NCBI GenBank assembly: GCA_051418015.1
Contig: JBPRGF010000002.1
Coordinates: 313-64,312 of the forward strand
Length of the DNA stretch: 64,000 bases
Reading direction: 5' to 3'
Source: Candidatus Nitrospinota bacterium M3_3B_026
Lineage (GTDB): Bacteria; Nitrospinota_A; UBA7883; JBPRGF01
Part shown: one piece after another, positions 56,505 to 64,000 of the stretch
Position numbering within the stretch: the stretch's first letter is position 1
How the letters are laid out: each line of letters begins with the position of its first letter
Notes under the pieces: model-generated
What the model saw: only the letters and a program-made list of their open reading frames with translations
What the model was told of the DNA's origin: nothing
Databases searched by the model: none
Translations under genes and position numbers: made by a program

Positions 56505-58505
56505 ATGTGTGGCATTTGCGGCCTTGTTTCGCTGGGGGGCGGGCCAATCGACCCCGCGCGAGCCAAACCCATGCTTGACACGCTGACCCACCGGGGGCGG
56601 GACGACGCGGGATACGCCTTTTTCCGTTTGGGGGAGTATAAACAGACCGAGGGCAGCTACTGGATCAGCATGGTGGAGCCCGAGTTCCATCACCTCAACG
56701 AGCGCCTTGCCGTCTACGGGGGATCTCTCGCCAGCGAGGAGTTCGCGAGGACTCCGTTTTCGCTTGCGCTGGGGCATCGCCGCCTCTCGATCATCGACCT
56801 GAGCCACAAGGGCCACCAGCCCATGCACACCTCGGACCGGCGTTACTGGATCATCCTGAACGGGGAGATATACAACTATGTCGAGCTGAGGGAGGCGCTG
56901 GAGAGCCGCGGGCACATCTTCCGCTCCAACACCGACACCGAGACGATACTCCACCTGTGGGAGGAGAAGGGCGCCGCCTGCCTAGCCGAGCTGGACGGCA
57001 TGTTCGCCTTCGCGCTCTACGACCGGGTTGAGAACACGCTGACCCTGGCCCGCGACCGGTTCGGCGTTAAGCCGCTCTACTACGCCGAGGCGGGACCTTA
57101 TTTTCTGTTCGCCTCCGAGATCAAGGCCATCCTCGCGTCCGGCCTGGCCCCTCGCGGAATAGACCCCGCCGCTCTGGGCGAGTACTTCACCTTCCAGAAC
57201 ATAGTGAGCGACCACACACTCTTCGAGGGCGTGCGGATGCTTCCACCTGGTGAAAAGATCACAGTAAAACCCGGTTCCGGCGGCGGCGCGCGCAAGGAGC
57301 GCTATATAGACCCACTCGGCGAGGCTGACGAAAACACGCCGGATCCGGCGGCCGTCGCCGCCACCCTGGCCGACTCGTTCCAGGGCGCGGTCAGGCGGCA
57401 GCTACGCAGCGACGTGGAGATCGGGGCGTATCTCTCCGGTGGCATGGACAGCGGCTCCATCGTGGCCGTGTGCGGCAAGACCATGCCGCGGCTGCTTACA
57501 TTTACCGCCGGGTTCGACCTGACAAACGTGGACGGGATCGAGCAGGGTTTCGATGAGCGGCGGCTGGCCGAGAGGCTCTCGTACCTGTACCAGACCGAGC
57601 ACTACGACGTGGTTCTGCACGCGGGCGACATGCCGGCGGTCATGGACAAGCTGACCTGGCACGTAGACGACCCCCGCGTCGGCATGTGCCACCAGAACTG
57701 GTACGCCGCCAAGCTGGCCAGCAGGTTTGTGAAGGTCTGCCTCTCCGGCGCCGGCGGCGACGAAATGTTCGGCGGATACCCGTGGCGCTATCGGGGCATA
57801 GTCAGGTTGATGAACGAGGGAAAGATGCCGTATGAAGACGCCGTGTTCCGCTTCTGGCACAGGCTCCTGAACCCCGAGGAGCTGCCGCGTCTTTTTCACA
57901 CGGATTATCGTGAGAGCCTGACCGCCGCCCGCGAGCGGCTCGGCAGTGTCATACAATCATTGCCTGCGGGAAATCCCAGGCTGGGAGAGCTGGACGGCGT
58001 TATCCATCGCACGCTGGCGTTCGAGTTCAAGACATTCCTGCACGGTCTTCTTGTCATCGAGGACAGAGTCAGCATGGCTCATAATATGGAGGTCCGCGTT
58101 CCTTTTCTGGATAACGCCCTGGCGGCCCTGGCGTGGCGGCTTCCCCCATCCCTTAAGATGGATATGGCCCAGATCGGCGGCGGTAAAGGCGCGGCCGAAG
58201 AGGCGGGAGGGAAGAAGATTCTCCGCCGGGCGATGACCTCGCTGCTGCCTAAGGAGTACGTAAATCAGCGGAAGCAGGGGTTTTCGCCCCCCGATGGGAG
58301 CTGGTATCGCGGGCCCTCGGTCGATTATCTCAAGGAGATACTTTTCGATCAGCGGACGCTCTCCCGTCCATGGTTCGACCAGCGGTTCGTAGAGCAAAAG
58401 CTTTCGGAACATTTCACCGGCATGAGCAACCATCGGCTTCTGATCTGGTCCTTGTTGTCCTTCGAGCTGCTGCAACGGCACTTTATTGACGGGGGGCATA
58501 AATGA
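56505..58505 (+). CDS. Asparagine synthase-family glutamine amidotransferase, copy 2
   Basis: 'MCGICG', 'HRGRDD', PP-loop 'YLSGGMDSGS'; 666 aa. Confidence 0.9.
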   Translation: MCGICGLVSLGGGPIDPARAKPMLDTLTHRGRDDAGYAFFRLGEYKQTEGSYWISMVEPEFHHLNERLAVYGGSLASEEFARTPFSLALGHRRLSIIDLSHKGHQPMHTSDRRYWIILNGEIYNYVELREALESRGHIFRSNTDTETILHLWEEKGAACLAELDGMFAFALYDRVENTLTLARDRFGVKPLYYAEAGPYFLFASEIKAILASGLAPRGIDPAALGEYFTFQNIVSDHTLFEGVRMLPPGEKITVKPGSGGGARKERYIDPLGEADENTPDPAAVAATLADSFQGAVRRQLRSDVEIGAYLSGGMDSGSIVAVCGKTMPRLLTFTAGFDLTNVDGIEQGFDERRLAERLSYLYQTEHYDVVLHAGDMPAVMDKLTWHVDDPRVGMCHQNWYAAKLASRFVKVCLSGAGGDEMFGGYPWRYRGIVRLMNEGKMPYEDAVFRFWHRLLNPEELPRLFHTDYRESLTAARERLGSVIQSLPAGNPRLGELDGVIHRTLAFEFKTFLHGLLVIEDRVSMAHNMEVRVPFLDNALAALAWRLPPSLKMDMAQIGGGKGAAEEAGGKKILRRAMTSLLPKEYVNQRKQGFSPPDGSWYRGPSVDYLKEILFDQRTLSRPWFDQRFVEQKLSEHFTGMSNHRLLIWSLLSFELLQRHFIDGGHK

Positions 58506-59338
58506 GGGCGTTACTCGACCCTGGAGCCCATTGGCGGGCCACCAGGGAGATCATAGCTCTTTTGACCCACCATCGGCAACTGACCTGGGAGATGGCCAAG
58601 CGGGAGTTGCAGGACCGCTACGCCGGTCAGGTGATGGGCCTGATGTGGGCGGTGATCCATCCGGTGGCGATCATTCTCGTGTACCTTTTCCTGTTCATAA
58701 TCGTGTTCAAGGTCCGGTTTCCCCCGATGGAGGGGGTTACCATGGACTACGCCTCGTACATCCTGGCAGGCCTGATTCCGTGGTTCTACTTCCAGGAATC
58801 CATGATAAAAGGGTGCACGGCCATATCCAGCAACGCCCCCCTGGTAAAGCAGGTGGTGTTTCCCATAGAGGTGCTGCCGGTGAAGGGGGTGCTGGTATCG
58901 CTTCTAAGCCAGGCCGTGGCCACCGCCATCCTCCTTTGCTATATGCTTCTGCGCCACGGCGGCGTTCCATGGACCATCGTGTTTTTCCCGGCGGCGCTCC
59001 TGCTGGAGGGTCTCCTGATGACCGGTTTGAGCTATATCCTTTCGGCCGTCGGCGCCTACATCCGCGACGTGAAAGACATCGTGCAGGTGCTGCTCCTGAT
59101 GAGCATGTACCTTACCCCCACGTTCTACCTTCCCGCCATGGTACCCGCAACGTTCAAGTACGTGATCTACTTGAATCCCTTCAGTTACATGATCTGGGTG
59201 TTCCAGGATATATTTTTCTTCGGATGGTTTCAGCACCCGTGGGCGTGGGTGATATTCACGGGCGAGGCGCTGCTGGTTTTCTACGGAGGCTACCGAGTCT
59301 TCCGCAAGGCTAAAATGTTTTTCGGGAACGTGCTGTGA
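58502..59338 (+). CDS. wzm: ABC-2-type polysaccharide export permease
   Basis: ATGA overlap with the upstream gene; six hydrophobic segments; N-terminus 'ELQDRYAGQVMGLMWAVIHP' is typical of Wzm/TagG. Confidence 0.88.
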   Translation: MRALLDPGAHWRATREIIALLTHHRQLTWEMAKRELQDRYAGQVMGLMWAVIHPVAIILVYLFLFIIVFKVRFPPMEGVTMDYASYILAGLIPWFYFQESMIKGCTAISSNAPLVKQVVFPIEVLPVKGVLVSLLSQAVATAILLCYMLLRHGGVPWTIVFFPAALLLEGLLMTGLSYILSAVGAYIRDVKDIVQVLLLMSMYLTPTFYLPAMVPATFKYVIYLNPFSYMIWVFQDIFFFGWFQHPWAWVIFTGEALLVFYGGYRVFRKAKMFFGNVL

Positions 59339-60558
59339 GCGATAATGAAACCCCGGCCATCCGGGTCAGCGGCCTGTCGAAGATGTTCAGGGTCTACCAG
59401 CGGCCCGTCGACCTGGTAAAAGAGCTGATAACGGGCCGCCCCTATCACAGCGAGTTCTGGGCGCTCAAGGACGTTTCGTTCACCGTGGAGCGCGGCCAGG
59501 TGGTGGGCGTCATCGGCAGGAACGGCGCCGGCAAGAGCACTCTTCTGAAGATCATCGCCGGGACCCTGGACGCGACCGGCGGCGAGGTGAAGGCCAATGG
59601 CCGCGTATCGGCGCTTTTGGAGCTGGGGACGGGGTTCAACGTCGAACACACCGGCCATGACAACATCCTCATGGGCGGGATGTGCCTGGGGATGAGCAAG
59701 GAGGAGGTCGAACGCAAGTATGACTGGATCGTCGACTTCTCCGAGCTGAAGGATTTCATTCACCAGCCGGTTAAGACCTACTCGTCGGGGATGCTCTCCC
59801 GGCTGGCCTTCTCCGTCGCCATTTGCGTGGAGCCGGAGATATTCATCGTGGACGAGGCGCTGGCCACGGGGGATATCCGCTTCCAGGACAAATGCCTGCG
59901 CCAGATCAAAAGAATCGTCCAGAGCGGCGCGACGGTCCTTTTCGTGTCGCACAGCCTGCAGACGATTTACGACCTTTGCGACAGGACTATTCTCCTTGCT
60001 CATGGAGAAATCGCGAAAGATGGGGATCCCCGCGCTGTCGGAGACGCGTATGAGTTGATGCTTGCCCGGAGCGATGACGAGGACTATGCTCAGGCTCCGC
60101 TGGAAACAATAGTCAATCAAAAGGTCCACACCGGAAACAGCGCATATATAGAAAGTGTATGCGTCAAGAACGACAATGGTGTCCGTGTTGCGACGTTGAC
60201 CTACAGGGAGTGGTACACTGTCGAGGTTGTGGTTCACTGCAACGAGGATATGGAATCACTCGGCGTTGGATTCATGATCCAACTTCCATCCGGCATGAAA
60301 ATATACAACAAAAACACCAACAGTAATAATTTGCTTTTCACGTGCGAAAAAGGAGAAAAGCTCACGGTGAAATTCAGGTTTCAATGTCTGGTTATGGATG
60401 GTCCGTATTTCATTGGCGGAGGGCTTGGAAAGATTCACCGGGACGGCTCGTTCACGTTGCTGCATATGATGCGAAGCGCCATCACGGTCACGGTGACAGG
60501 CGGAAGCACAAAATTTCGGGGTATCGTTGATTTGCAGGCTGATATCTTATGCGAATGA
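59335..60558 (+). CDS. wzt: Polysaccharide export ABC ATPase with C-terminal carbohydrate-binding-type domain
   Basis: Walker A 'GRNGAGKST', signature 'YSSGMLSRLAF', Walker B 'IFIVDEAL'. There is an extra beta-rich C-terminal domain of about 150 aa. GTGA overlap with wzm. Confidence 0.9.
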   Translation: MSDNETPAIRVSGLSKMFRVYQRPVDLVKELITGRPYHSEFWALKDVSFTVERGQVVGVIGRNGAGKSTLLKIIAGTLDATGGEVKANGRVSALLELGTGFNVEHTGHDNILMGGMCLGMSKEEVERKYDWIVDFSELKDFIHQPVKTYSSGMLSRLAFSVAICVEPEIFIVDEALATGDIRFQDKCLRQIKRIVQSGATVLFVSHSLQTIYDLCDRTILLAHGEIAKDGDPRAVGDAYELMLARSDDEDYAQAPLETIVNQKVHTGNSAYIESVCVKNDNGVRVATLTYREWYTVEVVVHCNEDMESLGVGFMIQLPSGMKIYNKNTNSNNLLFTCEKGEKLTVKFRFQCLVMDGPYFIGGGLGKIHRDGSFTLLHMMRSAITVTVTGGSTKFRGIVDLQADILCE

Positions 60559-60617
60559 GAGGTTGCGCGGCTCCATCTTCGCGAGCATGGGCGCAAAGCG
60601 CGTATCGAAGATAAGCA

Positions 60618-61430
60618 ATGTGGTTTCTACCAAGATACAAGGCCCGGAACAGCGCGGCAAACTCCACGCGGCAGGTAAATCATCCTGATTTTATCGGGGT
60701 GGGGGCGGCCAAGTGCGGGACAACGTGGTGGCACAACCTCATTACGGCGCATCCTCAAGTGAGCGCTCTTCGTGGGGGTATCAAGCAGGCCAGTTTTTTT
60801 TGCGAATACATAGACAACATTCCTGACGAGCGCTTGCGGGAATATCAAGCCTTGTTTCTCCGGCCCGCCGGGATGATCGCGGGGGAATGGACTCCGCGCT
60901 ATATGTACGACAAGCACTCCGTGGATCTGATTAAAAAATACTTTCCCGACACAAAGATACTTGTGATTTTACGCGATCCGCTGGAACGCTTCCGAAGCGG
61001 GGTCAACTGGCATCTTGTGGAATCCGGGCCTGGGAAATACGCGTCGTTAGATGACTATTTGGATGGCCAATATTGCCATTGGTGGCCGCATAACATCGCG
61101 GACGCCCTGGCGCGCTCGATGTACTGGTATCAAATGCGGCATCTGGAGCAAGTATATAACCGCGCGAACATTCTTCTGTTGCAATATGAGAAATGCGTGC
61201 GCTGCCCAGAAACGGAACTCAAAAAGACCTATTCATTTCTGGGTCTTGATGCGGATTTCCTTCCCGACAATCTGGACGGGTCTATTAACGCTTCCACTTA
61301 CGTATATGATGTATTCACCTCAAACAACCTGCTGAAGGGAGTTCGTGGCATCCTGAAGGATGATGTCACACGGCTTGCGCGTGAATGGCCGGAAATCGAT
61401 ATCACGCTATGGCCCGGTTTCTCGGGATGA
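60618..61430 (+). CDS. PAPS-dependent sulfotransferase-family protein
   Basis: 5'-PSB-like 'GVGAAKCGTTWW' and 3'-PB-like 'ILRDPLERFRSGV'. Confidence 0.8.
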   Translation: MWFLPRYKARNSAANSTRQVNHPDFIGVGAAKCGTTWWHNLITAHPQVSALRGGIKQASFFCEYIDNIPDERLREYQALFLRPAGMIAGEWTPRYMYDKHSVDLIKKYFPDTKILVILRDPLERFRSGVNWHLVESGPGKYASLDDYLDGQYCHWWPHNIADALARSMYWYQMRHLEQVYNRANILLLQYEKCVRCPETELKKTYSFLGLDADFLPDNLDGSINASTYVYDVFTSNNLLKGVRGILKDDVTRLAREWPEIDITLWPGFSG

Positions 61431-64000
61431 AGCTCAAGACGCTGGGAGCAATGCGGCGCCGGATATACCAAATCATTGAACGCTTGACGAACAAGAACGC
61501 TCGCACAGCGATTAACCAATCTTCCGCCTCATGGAATATGGAATCCCGCGGCGATCCCATTATTCCGGTTATTCGTGAAAGAGCGCGCCGCAAGGGAGCC
61601 ATAGCGCGAGACGATCTTGAACAGGTGCTGTCCGCGTGCGGAGAGAGGGAATGGCGCCCTTACCACATGACGCCTGACCCGGATGGCGGGGCAAGAGGCT
61701 ATTTCAGGATGGATTGCAGCGGAGAGTTGTCCGCGGAATCCGAGTCATGCCTTGCAATGGCTCGCGAATACGGCATGATTCCCCTGGCGCTCCTGCCTGT
61801 CGCCGCAGGGAATGACGCGGGTGTCGCTTGTGAGGGCAGATTGCTGATGAGTGATGAATATCTCGCCTCGCTCGTTTCTCTTCATCGAGAATATGGTTGC
61901 GGGTACGGGTTCCTGGCCGATCCCCTGGCGGTGATAACCCGGTTGTTGTCCAACCCCCTGATGATCTGGACGAACACGAGGGAAAAGATAACCCAAGAGG
62001 GGCTGACCATCCACGGATATGGATGCTCCTTCCATAATGACCGAGCATCCTTGTTAAACATGATCTGGGTGTATCGCGTCGCCCAGAAGCTTATCACCGG
62101 CAACTACATGGACTTGCTGTCACGCCTGGGCTTCGATTGCCGCGAATGGACCTACGTCAAAAGCGGCGACCCCATGTGGCTGCGCCCTCTGGACGGGCTG
62201 TCCGACATATCCTTCACCGTCGCCAGGGATGAGCGCGTTTATCTCAGGGACGCCCAGATCACCACCGATCTCGCGCCAGAACTGACGCGGCGGCCTTTCC
62301 TGGACACCATACTTTACACCGACCGTGCGGGCTGGCGAAAGATTGACCGCGGCGGCGATGAGGGCGCTATCGAGCTTGACGATGTCCTTGCGGCCGTTGC
62401 GAACGGAGAAGCGCTTAAGAACATAGGTCTCATTATCGACCCTTCCGACATCGCATGGGAACGGGGCGCGAAACACGCCCGGACGAATACCGCTGACACG
62501 CCGGTGGTGAGAACATTGCCATATCCGTACCACTATTACCTGGCCATTTGCAGCGACATTGACTGGTCAACGCATTCCCATTTCACCGGGGCCGTAGACG
62601 TCATTTGCGACGAGCTCGGCATGCGCTATTCCGGCAGCGCATACTTGTGCTCCCGTGATCCGAAATGGCCCTCATTGTGCGGGGACGCAAACACCGCCAA
62701 TGGCATGGAGCGCCTGGACCCCGGCAACCCCGTGCTGCATTGGGCCGGGGAAGGTCTTATTGATACCATACACGGCGTTGCGTACTCTTATGATTCACTG
62801 ACACTCGGCCGGAATGTCGGCTGCTCAGCGGGGGAGGCCGTGATCGAGCTGCGTCCATCCATCGACATGAGCGGTTATGACGGCGTCATGATCGCGACTT
62901 CATCCATCGTTGATCCCTCGCGCCCCCCCCGCATCGCCTTGCTGGGCCAGAGCGGCCGGAAAATCCACATGACCATGAACGGCTCATATACAGCCGGCAG
63001 GCCGCGCAGCCAGCACATCACTTATCACCCCAACGAAACGCTCGATGAAGCAATAAAGGGCATCGTGTTGTCCAATTGCCCGGATGGCTTTGTCGCGAGA
63101 GAGATTACCACGCTCTACGCTGGAGAGCCAAGCGTCTCCGCCATGTTACGGTTACTTGGCTCATATAACCTGACGATGCCTGTGTTCACCACCCATGGCG
63201 GAGGCTCGGACAGAAAATTCGCCTCACTTGGAACGGCGCAGTATTGCGCCATCAATGACATTGACACCAGCATGGCGATGGATAATCCCGGCTCGCCCTT
63301 TTACTTGCTGCCGGCGCTCAAGTCGTTTGGGGCGCGCTTCTTCAATCCGGAGGGATTATTTTCCGATGATGCGCTACGAGACATAGATACACTCGTGGAG
63401 CCCATGACTACAATAAGCGGTGAGCGGATATACGCCTTTTGCCGTTACTACAGCAGCCGTGATTATAAGTTAAGTTATGGAAAACATAACGCGACCGCCC
63501 AGGGTATCGCCGTGACGCTGGACGAGATTATTCATAGGCTGCGCCGCGCGGAGCCTGGAAAGGGTTGCGTCGTGTATACCCACTTGGGGCATCGAGTGGG
63601 GAACAACATAACCAGCCGGCTTGGCTGGAACGAAGAAGTATTCGCTTCATTAGGCCGGGTGGCCGAGTATTCCCAAGGGAAGGACAGGGACAATACCGTG
63701 CCTTATAGAATATGGTTTGCGCCAACATCCGCGATATTAACGTACTCGGCGGTCATGAAAGGTATCAGAAGCGCAATACGATACGAAAACGGTGATATAC
63801 ATATAACATCATGGCATGACCCGGCTCTGGGACATTCTATCCCAAACCCCACCGAGTTCGGGGAAAGCTGGCTGCACGGCGTGACCATTGCCATTCCAGA
63901 AAACGCAAGCGGACGGGTCTATGTGGATGGGACGGAATGTCTTTACTATACTACCAACCCTCCTGACGCCTTGAGCGGGAAAAGTGTAACGATCGTGGAC
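61427..64000 (+). CDS. Large hypothetical protein, 858 codons or more, 3' end outside window
   Basis: I translated every codon from the ATG at 61427 (ATGA overlap with the sulfotransferase stop) to nt 64000 and found no in-frame stop. It is absent from the supplied ORF track because it has no stop in the window. No family recognised. Confidence 0.85.
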   Translation, partial: MKLKTLGAMRRRIYQIIERLTNKNARTAINQSSASWNMESRGDPIIPVIRERARRKGAIARDDLEQVLSACGEREWRPYHMTPDPDGGARGYFRMDCSGELSAESESCLAMAREYGMIPLALLPVAAGNDAGVACEGRLLMSDEYLASLVSLHREYGCGYGFLADPLAVITRLLSNPLMIWTNTREKITQEGLTIHGYGCSFHNDRASLLNMIWVYRVAQKLITGNYMDLLSRLGFDCREWTYVKSGDPMWLRPLDGLSDISFTVARDERVYLRDAQITTDLAPELTRRPFLDTILYTDRAGWRKIDRGGDEGAIELDDVLAAVANGEALKNIGLIIDPSDIAWERGAKHARTNTADTPVVRTLPYPYHYYLAICSDIDWSTHSHFTGAVDVICDELGMRYSGSAYLCSRDPKWPSLCGDANTANGMERLDPGNPVLHWAGEGLIDTIHGVAYSYDSLTLGRNVGCSAGEAVIELRPSIDMSGYDGVMIATSSIVDPSRPPRIALLGQSGRKIHMTMNGSYTAGRPRSQHITYHPNETLDEAIKGIVLSNCPDGFVAREITTLYAGEPSVSAMLRLLGSYNLTMPVFTTHGGGSDRKFASLGTAQYCAINDIDTSMAMDNPGSPFYLLPALKSFGARFFNPEGLFSDDALRDIDTLVEPMTTISGERIYAFCRYYSSRDYKLSYGKHNATAQGIAVTLDEIIHRLRRAEPGKGCVVYTHLGHRVGNNITSRLGWNEEVFASLGRVAEYSQGKDRDNTVPYRIWFAPTSAILTYSAVMKGIRSAIRYENGDIHITSWHDPALGHSIPNPTEFGESWLHGVTIAIPENASGRVYVDGTECLYYTTNPPDALSGKSVTIVD

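Overview
High-GC bacterial chromosomal window (roughly 65% G+C by eye, not computed). Gram-negative-type envelope signals are present: lipoboxes, a type IV pilin and Wzm/Wzt. Almost all intervals are coding, and many adjacent genes share ATGA/GTGA stop-start overlaps. LEFT 40 kb: housekeeping and metabolic genes (acyl-CoA synthetase, ilvD, mazG-thioesterase-methyltransferase, non-classical sdhA/sdhB/CCG-subunit, ettA, ilvE, feoAB, REC-REC-GGDEF, trpB2-like, split metH, fbp, zupT, ferritin-like). These are interspersed with lineage-specific surface proteins: a paralogous lipoprotein array, an FN3/TSP3/LRR lipoprotein built on 66-bp tandem repeats, and a pilin followed by a GT-C/TPR membrane protein. 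Two families of short GC-rich intergenic repeats also occur here. MIDDLE: tRNA-Ala(CGC) at 40683-40758 is followed by a 4.7-kb integrative islet bounded by imperfect 57-nt direct repeats (50/57 identical). The islet carries two tyrosine recombinases, an excisionase, DUF1640, hicB plus a frameshifted hicA, and an 0.8-kb non-coding stretch. RIGHT 18 kb: an ABC-transporter-dependent glycan locus. It holds an LhgO-like oxidase, WbpB/WbpD/WecB-like enzymes, two AsnB-like amidotransferases, two SDR enzymes, Wzm, Wzt with a C-terminal binding module, and a sulfotransferase. It ends in an 858-codon ORF (61427 to window end) with no recognisable family; the supplied ORF track omits this ORF because it has no stop inside the window. 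That AT-shifted tail (Wzt C-domain, sulfotransferase, giant ORF) and the tRNA-linked islet are the best candidates for something new. No CRISPR array, rRNA or clear defence system was seen. All family assignments come from motif recognition by eye, and none has been checked against a database.
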